From Parcubacteria group bacterium (lineage in GTDB: Bacteria > Patescibacteriota > Minisyncoccia > Moranbacterales > UBA2206), in the NCBI GenBank assembly GCA_041674205.1, contig JBAYWF010000001.1, positions 149,003 to 213,002 on the forward strand: a stretch of DNA of 64,000 nucleotides, given 5' to 3'. The notes under the pieces are model-generated. The model saw nothing but the letters and a program-made list of their open reading frames with translations, searched no databases and had not been told where the DNA came from. Shown piece after piece: positions 36,773 to 47,006 of this stretch; the stretch's first letter is position 1, and each line of letters starts with the position of its first letter. The position numbers and the translations under genes are program-made.

Positions 36773-36973
36773 ATGGCACAAGGAACAATCAAACGATTGA
36801 CTGATCGTGGATTCGGATTCATCACACAAGATGGTGAAGACAAGGATCTATTCTTTCATGCAAAAGAACTACAAGGTGTAGAATTCAATGACTTGAAGGA
36901 AGGCGACCGTGTTCAATTCGAAGTTAGCGAAAGCCCGAAAGGACCGAACGCTACCAACGTATCAAGAGCATAG
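36773..36973 (+). CDS. cspA: cold-shock protein (CspA family)
   Basis: MAQGTIKRLTDRGFGFITQDGEDKDLFFHAKEL carries the RNP1 and RNP2 motifs. Start moved to the internal ATG at 36773. Confidence 0.9.
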   Translation: MAQGTIKRLTDRGFGFITQDGEDKDLFFHAKELQGVEFNDLKEGDRVQFEVSESPKGPNATNVSRA

Positions 36974-36990
36974 TTCGATTCGCGAACAGA

Positions 36991-37020
36991 AAAAGCTCCG
37001 CTTCACGCGGAGCTTTTTTG
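36991..37020 (+). terminator. rho-independent terminator of cspA
   Basis: aagctccgc-ttcac-gcggagctt followed by tttttt. Confidence 0.7.
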
Positions 37021-37070
37021 TTTGCCAGGGAGCCATTGATTAATCTGATAAAAAGGAGTAGGATGCTAGG

Positions 37071-38423
37071 ATGACAATTCTAGATAATATCATTATGAAA
37101 AGTAAAATTGAAAAATTCGATATCGCGGTAATCGGCGGCGGACCGGCCGGAATGATGGCGGCGGGACGGGCAGCCGGACTCGGCGCGCGCGTGGCTCTGC
37201 TTGAGAAAAATTCCAGCCTCGGCCGGAAGCTTTTGATTACGGGCAAGGGGCGTTGCAACCTGACGCAAGCGGAATTTGATGACAAGGAAATTATCAAGAA
37301 ATTCGGCAAGAACGGAAAATTTTTATTTTCCGCCTTGGATGCTTTCGGTCCGGAAGAGGTGATCAGGTTTTTCGAAGACCGGACGGTGCCGGTCAAAATC
37401 GAAAGGGGCGGACGGGTTTTTCCGAAATCCGATCGGGCGCAGGATGTGTTGCGGGCGCTGGAAAAATATTTGGAAAAAAACAATGTCGAAATAATTTATG
37501 ACGCCCAAGTCGCCGGATTCGATGTGGCGCCGATCGCCAGCGGGGGAAAAATCGCTAGCGTGAAATTGGCCGAGAAGGGGTATGTGTCGGCGGAAAAACA
37601 AGCTATGATGCCGGCAAGAAGGATTTATGCGGATAAGTTCATCATCTGTACCGGTGGAAAATCCTATCCGGCGACCGGTTCGACGGGGGACGGCTATCAG
37701 TGGGCTAAGGATTTGGGGCACAAGATAATCCCGCCAGCTCCGGCTTTGGTGCCGATCAAAACCAAAGAAACTTGGGTCAAAGACGTGCAGGGCCTGAGCT
37801 TGAAAAACGTGACGGTCAATCTTTTGCAAAACAATAAAAAACCTGCCTACCGGACAGGCAAGCAGGATTCGCGATTCGGCGAGATGATGTTCGCGCATTT
37901 CGGCCTGACCGGTCCGATCGTGCTCGATCTCAGTAAGAAAGCTGGAGAATTGATGGCGCAGGGCGAGGTGGCTATTTCCATCGATCTGAAACCGGCCTTG
38001 GATCTCGATCAATTGGACGCGCGCCTGCAGCGGGATTTCAAAGAGAATAGCAATAAGGATTTCATCAACTATCTGCCGGAACTTCTGCCGCAAAAAATCA
38101 TCGCCAGCATCGTAAACTTGTCCGGCATTGATCCGCGCAAAAAAATAAATTTAGTCACCAAAGAAGAACGGAAAAGACTGGCCGGTTTGCTCAAAGACTT
38201 GCGGCTGACAGCCGACGGTACGACCGGCTATAACCAAGCCATCGTCACCAGCGGCGGCGTGGACACTAGGGAAGTGGATTCCAAAACGATGCGTTCGCGG
38301 ATCGTCGGCAATCTTTTTTTGGCCGGGGAAATCCTGGATTTGGATGGTCCGACCGGCGGGTATAATCTGCAGATGTGCTGGAGCACGGGTTACGCGGCCG
38401 GGACATACGCGGCGAAGCTTTGA
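37071..38423 (+). CDS. HI0933/BaiN-family FAD-dependent flavoprotein
   Basis: DIAVIGGGPAGMMAA dinucleotide-binding motif, GRKLLITGKGRCNLT HI0933 signature, and C-terminal GYNLQMCWSTGYAAG. Start could be 37071 or 37095. Confidence 0.8.
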   Translation: MTILDNIIMKSKIEKFDIAVIGGGPAGMMAAGRAAGLGARVALLEKNSSLGRKLLITGKGRCNLTQAEFDDKEIIKKFGKNGKFLFSALDAFGPEEVIRFFEDRTVPVKIERGGRVFPKSDRAQDVLRALEKYLEKNNVEIIYDAQVAGFDVAPIASGGKIASVKLAEKGYVSAEKQAMMPARRIYADKFIICTGGKSYPATGSTGDGYQWAKDLGHKIIPPAPALVPIKTKETWVKDVQGLSLKNVTVNLLQNNKKPAYRTGKQDSRFGEMMFAHFGLTGPIVLDLSKKAGELMAQGEVAISIDLKPALDLDQLDARLQRDFKENSNKDFINYLPELLPQKIIASIVNLSGIDPRKKINLVTKEERKRLAGLLKDLRLTADGTTGYNQAIVTSGGVDTREVDSKTMRSRIVGNLFLAGEILDLDGPTGGYNLQMCWSTGYAAGTYAAKL

Positions 38424-38550
38424 AACGGTTTCGCGCCATAGGCAGCTGATCCCTGGACGCTGATCCGGCATTGTGTTTTTTTTGCGGAAGTGGTAGATTG
38501 GATAGGTTGTTTTTCTTTTAATATCTTAAACGGAGGGGTGGAATATCCTC

Positions 38551-40341
38551 TTGTGTTTGCCGGTATCGATAAATCATATGAAAAAAAATGCTAGAAATTA
38601 TTTAGTGGCCGCTTTGGGAATTTCAGCGGTCTGGTCCGTTTCCAACTTCGGAGGAAGGATCTATCAAGCCTTGGAACATAACCATGAGCATGGGATGCTG
38701 GTAGCCTTTTTCGTTTTGGCGGCCTTGTTTATGTTGAGTTTCGTGGTCTTCTACCTGTCGCATCTGGTCAAGCTACCCTCTTTTATCTTGGCGATTTTTT
38801 TAGGCTTGGCAGCCAAGCCATTACTGACTCCCATACTCGGCAATGATGAATTATTGGGCGTAATCGTAAGTTTCGGAGCCACTTTGATATTGTTCGCAGG
38901 CGGATTGGAAACGCCTTTCGCCAATTTCAAGAAACTGATTTGGAAAATATTTTCCGTTTCTTTCGCCGGCCTGTTCATTACGGCTTTCCTATTTTCCTGG
39001 ACCATCTGGCTCTTAAGCGTGATTTTCGGCTTGGAAATCTCGGTCCTGGCGGCGGTTTTGCTGGGAGCCTTGCTGGCTTCGACCGATCCGGCGGCGATTA
39101 TTCCGGTCTTGAAAAGGCTGCGCTTCCATAACCGTTCCATAAAAGACATCATCATTTCGGAAAGCGCCGTTACGGATGTGGTCGGTACTTTATTGACGGT
39201 AGTTTTTTTGGCGTTGGCAGTGGGTGGAAATTTTTCCGGCGGCATCAACCAGTGGTATCAGTCTATTTTCAGCTATGGGAGTATGGCGGTATTGGCGACC
39301 CAGCTGTTTTTCGGAACCTTGCTGGGTTTGGCAGGCTATTTCTTCCTGGAGCTTCTTTTGCGTGCCAAGCATCTGTATGGGGAGGAATTTGAAGCCGATG
39401 CCGCTTTTTTCATTTCGGTGCCGGTCATCATTTTCACCGGTGCCATCTTTTTCGGCGGCAGCGGATATTTGGCCGCTTTCGTGGCCGGGTTGATTTTCCA
39501 CATCACCGAACATTTGAGCGAGACTGAAAGATTTTTCAATAATCTGGTGGACGGCTTCCTGAAGCCGATCATATTCGTCCTGTTGGGCGCTTTGGTCGAT
39601 CCGGCGCAGCTGCTGACCTATGCGCCGATCGGTATCGTGGCCGCCCTAATATTTATGTTTATCATCCGTCCTGTCGCGGTATTCGTATCCTTGGGCGGTT
39701 TCCATTTTTTCGGACAGGAAAAATTGAGTTGGCGCGATTTGTTGTTCATCTCGTTCGTGCGCGAGACCGGCGCTATCCCGGCCGTGTTGATGGTGACCAT
39801 CATCAGCCTGGGGCTGGCAGGGATGGAAGGTTTGGTTGAGATAGGTATGTGGACGATCTTGCTGACTTTGATCATCGAACCGTTGCTGACGCCGTTCGTC
39901 GCCAAATATCTCCAGGTAGCTGAAGAAATGCAAGACCGGAGCAAGGCGCCTTTGAATAAGAAATCCACGATTGTCCTGGTGACGCGGGGCGAATCTTTTC
40001 TAGACAGGATGCCGTATGTGGTCAAATGGGCTTCGAAACATTCTATCAGCGATGTCGCGGTTATGCTATGCTTGGAAAATAAATATACTGCCACGCTGGA
40101 AAAGGATATTAAGGCGAAGGCCCAGGCGGCTTTCGCGCGGGAGGCCGGGGAGCTCAAGATAAAATCCCTATCCCATATCGATTTTACTTTCATAAGCCGC
40201 AAAGGTTCATTACATGAGAATATCGACACCCTGGCGAAGACTGACAATAAAGTCGTGGCCATATTCGTCGGCAAAAAGATGCTTGACTACCGTTTGTCCG
40301 AGATAAAACAATTGGCCGTCCCTTTTTACTTTATGGACTAG
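38551..40341 (+). CDS. cation:proton antiporter (CPA1/CPA2 Na+/H+ exchanger family) with C-terminal soluble domain
   Basis: 12-13 TM helices and a conserved LLGALLASTDPAAI (TDP) motif. C-terminal cytoplasmic domain of about 170 aa. Confidence 0.7.
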   Translation: MCLPVSINHMKKNARNYLVAALGISAVWSVSNFGGRIYQALEHNHEHGMLVAFFVLAALFMLSFVVFYLSHLVKLPSFILAIFLGLAAKPLLTPILGNDELLGVIVSFGATLILFAGGLETPFANFKKLIWKIFSVSFAGLFITAFLFSWTIWLLSVIFGLEISVLAAVLLGALLASTDPAAIIPVLKRLRFHNRSIKDIIISESAVTDVVGTLLTVVFLALAVGGNFSGGINQWYQSIFSYGSMAVLATQLFFGTLLGLAGYFFLELLLRAKHLYGEEFEADAAFFISVPVIIFTGAIFFGGSGYLAAFVAGLIFHITEHLSETERFFNNLVDGFLKPIIFVLLGALVDPAQLLTYAPIGIVAALIFMFIIRPVAVFVSLGGFHFFGQEKLSWRDLLFISFVRETGAIPAVLMVTIISLGLAGMEGLVEIGMWTILLTLIIEPLLTPFVAKYLQVAEEMQDRSKAPLNKKSTIVLVTRGESFLDRMPYVVKWASKHSISDVAVMLCLENKYTATLEKDIKAKAQAAFAREAGELKIKSLSHIDFTFISRKGSLHENIDTLAKTDNKVVAIFVGKKMLDYRLSEIKQLAVPFYFMD

Positions 40342-40368
40342 TCCGTCCAAATTCTTGGTTGACACTCC

Positions 40369-40397
40369 TTGGCGCGATAACTATACTTGACCGTTGT
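40369..40397 (+). promoter_or_regulatory. sigma-70-like promoter (TTGACA-17-TATACT) upstream of the ECF sigma gene
   Basis: TTGACA at 40369-40374 and TATACT at 40392-40397. Confidence 0.45.
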
Positions 40398-40460
40398 AAC
40401 CGTCAGGCTGGCCTTGGCAGGGCCGAGCCGGCAAGTTTTCGGCCATAATTCGCAAAAACA

Positions 40461-41015
40461 ATGGAAAAAGCAGATCGACAATTGATTGAAGAATTTTTGG
40501 ACGGATCGGATGATTCCTTTGAATATCTGGTGGGGCGGTATTTGAAACCGGTTTATAACTTCCTATACCAATTCACCCAAGACCGGGATTCCCTGGACGA
40601 TCTGACGCAGGAAACTTTCATCAAGGCTTGGAAGAATATCAAAAAATTCGACCCGGAAAAAAATTTCCGGACTTGGCTTTTTACGATCGCCAAAAACACG
40701 GCCTATGATTTTTTGAAAAAGAAAAAAACCCTGCCCTTTTCCGATTTTCTTGATGAAGCGGGGAATAACAGGCTGGAAAACGTAGTCGAGGACGGTCCTC
40801 GGCTGGAAGAGGTCTTGGCCGGAAAAGATCTGGCGCGAGAGTTGGAAAAGAAATTGCAAGAGATTCCCGATAGCTACCGCATCCTCCTGCTGATGCGCTA
40901 CAAAGATGGTTTTTCACTCCAAGAAATCGCCCAAATTCTCGACCTGCCCTACAACACCGTCAAAAGCCAGCACGCACGGGCTCTGGCCAGCCTGAAAAAA
41001 ACCTGGCTGGCCTGA
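40461..41015 (+). CDS. ECF-subfamily RNA polymerase sigma-70 factor
   Basis: Region 2 (LTQETFIKAWKNIKKFDPEKNFRTWLFTIAKN) and region 4 HTH (SLQEIAQILDLPYNTVKSQHARA). Confidence 0.85.
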   Translation: MEKADRQLIEEFLDGSDDSFEYLVGRYLKPVYNFLYQFTQDRDSLDDLTQETFIKAWKNIKKFDPEKNFRTWLFTIAKNTAYDFLKKKKTLPFSDFLDEAGNNRLENVVEDGPRLEEVLAGKDLARELEKKLQEIPDSYRILLLMRYKDGFSLQEIAQILDLPYNTVKSQHARALASLKKTWLA

Positions 41016-41306
41016 ATTTTCAGAAGGCGCTAGTTTTCCTTGGGCCATCTTTTCTTGGCCACGGGAAGATGATGTATTGCGTGAAAAAGAATCATAGGCT
41101 ATTATTTGTATATGGAGGTCAGGTTTGATAAAAAGAGGTTGGGGCGGAAGCTTATCCGGGAAGACCATCCGAATATTTTTAATAGTTGCCAGGCAAAGTC
41201 ATAAATCGAGAATATATCTCGATTTTTTAATTGCTAAATACATACCCCAACAAAAACAAAAAAACGATTCCGGCAAAATTTTTGCGGAAATCGCGGAAAC
41301 AAAAAC

Positions 41307-44300
41307 GTGCCAAAAACAAATAAAAACATACTGCTGGTATTTTGTCTGGCCCTTGGTTTGGTTTTTTCTTGCGAGGGAGCCAGTGCCAGAGAAACCATAA
41401 ATATCAATACCGACACGACCTGGACCAAGGAAACTTCTGATCTGGTTTTTGACAAGCCGATTGCCATTGGAAATGGTGCGACCTTGACCATCGAGAAAGG
41501 TACGAGGGTGGTTTTCCAAGTTAATCCCAACCAGCCTTTCAACTCTGCGGGGTTCGAGGTACTTGACGGGAAACTGGTCGCGAACGGGACGCGCGAGGAA
41601 AATATCGTATTCACTTCGCCGGACGACGGTTTCAAGCTGCTTTTTAGCGATAATGATCAGCCTTCTTTTTTGCTCTATGTGACCCTGGAAAACGGCGGTT
41701 TCATTCCGACTATGGAAGGCAGCGGCGATTTCGTGCCGAAATTTCCGGTTTTTGAAATCAACGGTGGCAAGGTCCATATCGAGAATTCCCAGTTTGCCAA
41801 TAGCCGGTTCAGGGAAATAAGTATTTCAGATGTTCCAATCCAGGATGCGGAAGGCAACGATGTGTATGATGAAAATGATAATCTTGTGCAAAACAAAGCC
41901 CAAGTGGATGTCATAAATTCCAATTTTTCCAACCAAAATGCCGTGGATTCCCAACTGGATTGCTGGGCGTATGATGAAGAAGCGGATGAAGATTATGTGG
42001 ATCAGGATTGTCTCAAACGGGTGAATTTGAAAGATGATTGGTTTGGGAATCCGGCCGGACCGACGACTGATGAGGATGAAGAACAAGGGATTGTAAAAGG
42101 CTATCGGGTAACCGGACAATTTTATCTGGATTCTTGGCGGACGGCTGATGAGATAATTGATGCCAGTCAAAATTGCATGGAAAATTGTTTTTCCAACGTG
42201 CTTTTTTTGCCAGGCATCAAAACCAGCCGGCTGTATAGAGATGGAGATGATGGAAAGAAGGATAAATTGTGGTTGCCTGATTATTTTGAGGATGATCTGG
42301 AAAAATTAGCACTGGATGAAAACGGGAAAAGCGTTAATGAAGTATATACACAGGACGTTTTGGATAGCATCGGTATTTGGGGGATTGGCGGTGATATTTA
42401 CAAAAATTTCATAGATATTCTGGCTGAATTGAAAACTAAGAATACGATCAATGATTATGAATCCTTTGCTTATGACTGGCGTCAAAGTGTGGAAGATGTG
42501 GCACAGAACGGAACTCCGTATGAAAATATAACGAAATCGGCGATAGTCGATTTGCAGGCGCTGGCAGAGAATTCTAAAAGTAAAAAAGTGACCATCGTGG
42601 CCCATTCCAATGGCGGCTTGGTAGCTAAAGCAGTGATGATGGAGCTGGAAAAATTAGGAATGGCTGACAAGGTGGACAAGGTTATCCTTGTTGGCACTCC
42701 GCAGATGGGGACGCCAATCTCGATCCTTTCGCTTCTGTATGGCTATGATGAAGAATCAACCTTTCTGCAAGTGTTGATTTCGCGGGAAGATGCCCGCGCT
42801 TTAGCGGAAAATATGCCTGGAGCCTACGGGCTTTTGCCGGGTGAAAAATATTTTGAGCGTATGGAAAGTCCGTTCATCAAATTTTCATCCGAAAATACCC
42901 GATACAAAAGTTTCAAGGACGCATATGGTGAAAACATCGACAATTTTGATGAATTCAGGAAATTTTTGCTTGGGAAAGATGATGGCCGAGAAGACCCCGA
43001 CAAAAGCGATGTTGAAATGGAGAATGTGTTAAATGAAAAAATATTGAACCAGGCTAGGGAAATCCATCAGCATTTGGATAATTGGGTGCCACCATCAACA
43101 GTCGAAGTTATTCAAATTGCCGGTTGGGGGTTGGATACGATAAGCGGAGTGGAATATACAGAAAAAGAAAAAACCCAATGTTATATCGCTCCCGGAGCTA
43201 AAATCCCATCTTGTTCCGGTATGGGAGAATATGAGTCGGTTTATGAACCGAAATTCACCGTGGATGGCGACAGGGTGGTGGTGGCGCCAAGCGCTTTGAT
43301 GTTGGCCGAGTCAGAAAATGTAAAGAGATATTGGGTGGATTTATATGGGTATAATGATAATAATGTTCCAGATAGAGAACATAAAAATATTACAGAGATA
43401 GAATCAGTAAGAAATGTATTGGATATGTTGATTAGAAATTTAGATTTATCTTCAAATTTGCCTGAGTTTATTAAGTCTTCACGTCCAGATGATTATGCCT
43501 ATGCCCAACCTCGTTTAAGGATGTCCCTGTATTCACCTTTGGACATCCATCTATATGATGATTTCGGTCATCATACCGGACCTAAAAAAAACACGGATGA
43601 AAACGGGCAAGAATACGTGATTTTTGAAAAAGAAATTCCGAATAGCTATTATTATCAGTTCGGAGAACGGAAATATGCCGGCTTCCCTAAAGGTGAACAT
43701 ATCCGCGTAGAAATGGATGGCTATGCCCTGGGTTCATACACTCTAAAATTAGAAGAAGCGAAAGTGACTGAAGCAGGCGAAGAAACAATCGCACAAACGG
43801 CTTTTGAAAATCTTCCAACTACGGCTGACACGACCGTAAAGCTGGAGATTCCGGAAACCGGCATCGAAAATCCATTGTCTTTGCAGGCCGACATCGACAG
43901 CGATGGCGCGGTTGAATATGAATTGGCTTCTGTTCAAGATGGCGCAGTTACCTTGGATGTGATCGCTCCCGTTGCAGAAATTTCCATAGCTGGCACAAAG
44001 AGTAATAAAGAAGAATCAAAAACCGAAACGATCAGAATTGACAAAGCCACGTTGGAAGCCAACGTGCAGTTTAATCCGGATACGCAAAAAACGGATATCA
44101 GCGGTGCTGATAACCTGACCCAGGTTTCGGTTGTGCCAGAAGAACAAATAGGTGATAATAGCCATAAGTCAAAAAACAAAATATATTCCTGGCTTTCAAA
44201 ATTGTTCTTGGGAAAACAGGATAGGATCACTACGGTAGTCGCTACTTTAATGATGGCAACGATGACAGTGATCGGCGTCCGGTTCGTAAAAAAATGGATG

Positions 44301-44309
44301 GGATGGTGA
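41307..44309 (+). CDS. large secreted, C-terminally anchored protein with beta-helix-like N-domain and alpha/beta-hydrolase (lipase/PGAP1-like) domain
   Basis: Signal peptide (LVFCLALGLVFSCEG). N-terminal parallel-beta-helix-like repeats. Central VTIVAHSNGGLVAKAV (GxSxG nucleophile elbow) ... ILVGTPQMGTP. C-terminal TM anchor TTVVATLMMATMTVIGV. Confidence 0.6.
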   Translation: MPKTNKNILLVFCLALGLVFSCEGASARETININTDTTWTKETSDLVFDKPIAIGNGATLTIEKGTRVVFQVNPNQPFNSAGFEVLDGKLVANGTREENIVFTSPDDGFKLLFSDNDQPSFLLYVTLENGGFIPTMEGSGDFVPKFPVFEINGGKVHIENSQFANSRFREISISDVPIQDAEGNDVYDENDNLVQNKAQVDVINSNFSNQNAVDSQLDCWAYDEEADEDYVDQDCLKRVNLKDDWFGNPAGPTTDEDEEQGIVKGYRVTGQFYLDSWRTADEIIDASQNCMENCFSNVLFLPGIKTSRLYRDGDDGKKDKLWLPDYFEDDLEKLALDENGKSVNEVYTQDVLDSIGIWGIGGDIYKNFIDILAELKTKNTINDYESFAYDWRQSVEDVAQNGTPYENITKSAIVDLQALAENSKSKKVTIVAHSNGGLVAKAVMMELEKLGMADKVDKVILVGTPQMGTPISILSLLYGYDEESTFLQVLISREDARALAENMPGAYGLLPGEKYFERMESPFIKFSSENTRYKSFKDAYGENIDNFDEFRKFLLGKDDGREDPDKSDVEMENVLNEKILNQAREIHQHLDNWVPPSTVEVIQIAGWGLDTISGVEYTEKEKTQCYIAPGAKIPSCSGMGEYESVYEPKFTVDGDRVVVAPSALMLAESENVKRYWVDLYGYNDNNVPDREHKNITEIESVRNVLDMLIRNLDLSSNLPEFIKSSRPDDYAYAQPRLRMSLYSPLDIHLYDDFGHHTGPKKNTDENGQEYVIFEKEIPNSYYYQFGERKYAGFPKGEHIRVEMDGYALGSYTLKLEEAKVTEAGEETIAQTAFENLPTTADTTVKLEIPETGIENPLSLQADIDSDGAVEYELASVQDGAVTLDVIAPVAEISIAGTKSNKEESKTETIRIDKATLEANVQFNPDTQKTDISGADNLTQVSVVPEEQIGDNSHKSKNKIYSWLSKLFLGKQDRITTVVATLMMATMTVIGVRFVKKWMGW

Positions 44310-44376
44310 TTTCGTTTATTATGACTGAAAATGGATCGGTAAATATTCAATATTAATCAATTTTAAATTTAATTTT

Positions 44377-44772
44377 ATGCGAAAAAAAACTTATTGGTGG
44401 AAAATTAGTTTATTTGTGGCAGCTTTAACTATGTTAATTTTAGAATATGTCGGTGTTTGTGATTTCAAGTTTGGAAGATGTATAGGTGGAAATAGTATTC
44501 CAGTGATAAGAACATCCTTTCATTTATTTCTAGCTATATTTATAATTTCAATATTTTTATTTTTCACATCTGACAAGATTTTTCTCAAATGGCTGCGCTT
44601 TGCTTTTATTTGGATCGTATTAGCAGTAATTGTAATTATTGTGACTCCAGAATATGCCAGTACTGGAATTGTGAGTGGTCCAAATAGGGAAATAGTTTCT
44701 ATCTGTATGAGCTCACTTTTTGTCATTATCAGTCTGATAAAAATAATTTGGGACAGTAAAAAAACAAAATAA
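44377..44772 (+). CDS. hypothetical small membrane protein
   Basis: 131 aa with 4 TM helices. Confidence 0.4.
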   Translation: MRKKTYWWKISLFVAALTMLILEYVGVCDFKFGRCIGGNSIPVIRTSFHLFLAIFIISIFLFFTSDKIFLKWLRFAFIWIVLAVIVIIVTPEYASTGIVSGPNREIVSICMSSLFVIISLIKIIWDSKKTK

Positions 44773-44866
44773 AGAATTTTAATTTTATAAAACGGCAATG
44801 TCACGCGGTAGATAGTTCCCATCAAATGGAAATTATTGGAAGCGTGGCCATAGACCGCACAAAAAA

Positions 44867-46048
44867 ATGAATTTGCAAAATGAAAAACAACCGGAGGAGA
44901 AGATGGGGAAAAGCGATCAAAATTCCTACGAAGAGATAAGCGAAAAAAGGACTTCGAAATTGGGCTATATCCTCCTGGTATTGATGGTGGCTTTTGTGAT
45001 CGGCGTCGGAGAAACGGTTTTTTCGGACTTGGCGAAAATTCCTGAAAAACCGGTCGCTCCTTCCGGTTGCATCCTGAATTCCGTACGAAATCTCAAAAGC
45101 CTGACAAAATATTCAACCTGTCAAAATTATGGGAATTCGCTCAATGCTGTGGATAAAAAATTCGGATTGGATAAAAAGTATGATGGCATAAAGCCGCAAC
45201 TGCAAGAGATAGTTTCATTGAATGCCGGCATAGAATCGAATAACAGTGAAATCAGAAGCCTGGAAAGCAATATCCAAAAATTGAATAGGGAATATGGTTT
45301 GAGCTTGCAAGAAAAGATGGCTGGCGAAAAGGCGATAGCGGACAAGGAAAATATCAAAAATGAAATCACGGGCACAAAAGCTAAAATCAGCAGCCTTCAA
45401 GAAGAGAATGGTTCTTTGGAGAATAAAAAAAATCTTGCCATTTCCCAAATAAGTTCTTCCGCGCAATCAATCGAGCAGAGCCATAAAGAGGCGACGGACT
45501 ATTTTTTGAATAAGGCGGCCTGGTTCAAATTCAAGGTATTTCTGCTGACACTGGTTTTTGTCCTCCCGTTCTTCGCATTTTCCGTGTTTTTTTATTTCAA
45601 ACTGAAAAGAAAAAATAGCCCCTATACTATCATATTTACCGCGACAACGACGGCATTTTCAATTTTGTTCCTGCAGGTGGCTGGTGTTTTTCTCTATGAT
45701 ATCCTTCCGAAAGAATGGCTGGGAAGGATTTTTAGCTTCTTTATGGAGGTGCCGTTTTTGCGGTATGTGGTTTATTACGGCTCCATAATCCTTGTTATCG
45801 GGATTTTCGGCGGAATCGTTTATTATATCCAAAAGAAAGTGTTCAGTCCCGCCAAGGTCGCGATCAGAAGGCTGAAGGATAAAAAATGTCCCGGATGTTC
45901 TTTTGCGCTGGATCCGCAACATATCTTTTGCCCTAATTGCGGACTCCGCTTGAAAGAAAAATGCCAATACTGCGGAGAACCTAGGAATAAATATCTATCC
46001 CATTGTCATAATTGCGGAAGAGAGGAAGTTGGAATGTTCGAGGCTTGA
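44867..46048 (+). CDS. membrane protein with coiled-coil region and C-terminal double zinc-ribbon
   Basis: TM1, about 170 aa of heptad-rich Q/E/K sequence, three more TM helices, then CPGCSFALDPQHIFCPNCG...CQYCGEPRNKYLSHCHNCG (two CxxC...CxxC ribbons). Confidence 0.5.
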   Translation: MNLQNEKQPEEKMGKSDQNSYEEISEKRTSKLGYILLVLMVAFVIGVGETVFSDLAKIPEKPVAPSGCILNSVRNLKSLTKYSTCQNYGNSLNAVDKKFGLDKKYDGIKPQLQEIVSLNAGIESNNSEIRSLESNIQKLNREYGLSLQEKMAGEKAIADKENIKNEITGTKAKISSLQEENGSLENKKNLAISQISSSAQSIEQSHKEATDYFLNKAAWFKFKVFLLTLVFVLPFFAFSVFFYFKLKRKNSPYTIIFTATTTAFSILFLQVAGVFLYDILPKEWLGRIFSFFMEVPFLRYVVYYGSIILVIGIFGGIVYYIQKKVFSPAKVAIRRLKDKKCPGCSFALDPQHIFCPNCGLRLKEKCQYCGEPRNKYLSHCHNCGREEVGMFEA

Positions 46049-46142
46049 ACTGTGTTTTGAAAAAATTTTACAATGTCCCCGGTTCGGAAATAAACCAGGG
46101 CGCCGGGTTGTTTTAGGTGTAATAATGATTAATCGAAAATTT

Positions 46143-46460
46143 ATGAAAAAAAATTTACGCGTCACGGTGCACGGCCGGGTGCACGGCGTGTTTTTCCGGC
46201 GGACCGCTATGGAAGAAGCCGTGAAGCTGGGCCTTTCCGGTTATGCGGACAGATTGGAAAACGGCAGAGTCATTATCGAAGCCGAGGGGGATATGCGCTC
46301 TTTGGAAATCTTTTTGCGGTGGTGCCGCCGCGGTCCGTTTCTGGCCAAAGTCAATTTGCTGATATTCGAATATTCTTCGAACTTGAAAAATTTTAATGTT
46401 TTTATAATCAAAGAAAACACGGTCAGGTATGTCAGCCAGGGTCCGTACGCCTGTTATTGA
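46143..46460 (+). CDS. acyP: acylphosphatase
   Basis: VHGRVHGVFFRR matches the acylphosphatase signature VxGxVQGVxFR. Start moved to the internal ATG at 46143. Confidence 0.8.
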   Translation: MKKNLRVTVHGRVHGVFFRRTAMEEAVKLGLSGYADRLENGRVIIEAEGDMRSLEIFLRWCRRGPFLAKVNLLIFEYSSNLKNFNVFIIKENTVRYVSQGPYACY

Positions 46461-46517
46461 AAAATAGCGGGGTGAAATTGATGCGTCCGTCCGCGCCAGA
46501 CGGTCGTATTAATAGAT

Positions 46518-46922
46518 ATGGACCAAAATTTACACGAAATTTTTAAGGACATCGCGGAAATCCAACCGGCTTCAGGGCTTGAAAATCGGATTTTTCAAGC
46601 TGTCGCGGTGGAAAAAGATAGGGCCATCAGACGCAAGCTGCTGTTTTCCCGCCTGGGACTGGGCGCATCAACAGCGGTTTTTTTGGCGGCCATTTCCACT
46701 TATGGCAACGCGATTTTACAATCTGAATTTTGGAGCATGCTGTCGCTGGCCGCTTCCGATATGTGGGTGGTGGCGCAAAACTGGCAGGACTTCGCGTATT
46801 CTCTGATGGAAACTTTCCCGACGGTCAGCGTGGTCGCCATTCTGGCTCCGGTAATGACGCTGTTGTTTTCATTCGGTATTTATTTGGAAGCTGATAACAA
46901 GCATAAACATAAGTATATTTAA
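46518..46922 (+). CDS. hypothetical membrane protein
   Basis: 134 aa with a soluble N-terminal 50 aa then 2-3 TM helices. Confidence 0.4.
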   Translation: MDQNLHEIFKDIAEIQPASGLENRIFQAVAVEKDRAIRRKLLFSRLGLGASTAVFLAAISTYGNAILQSEFWSMLSLAASDMWVVAQNWQDFAYSLMETFPTVSVVAILAPVMTLLFSFGIYLEADNKHKHKYI

Positions 46923-47006
46923 TCGACCTGTGGTCGTCCTGAACTTGATTCAGGATCTCTAACAATTAATTAGATTCCGGGTCAAGCCCGGAATGACAAC
47001 AATAAT

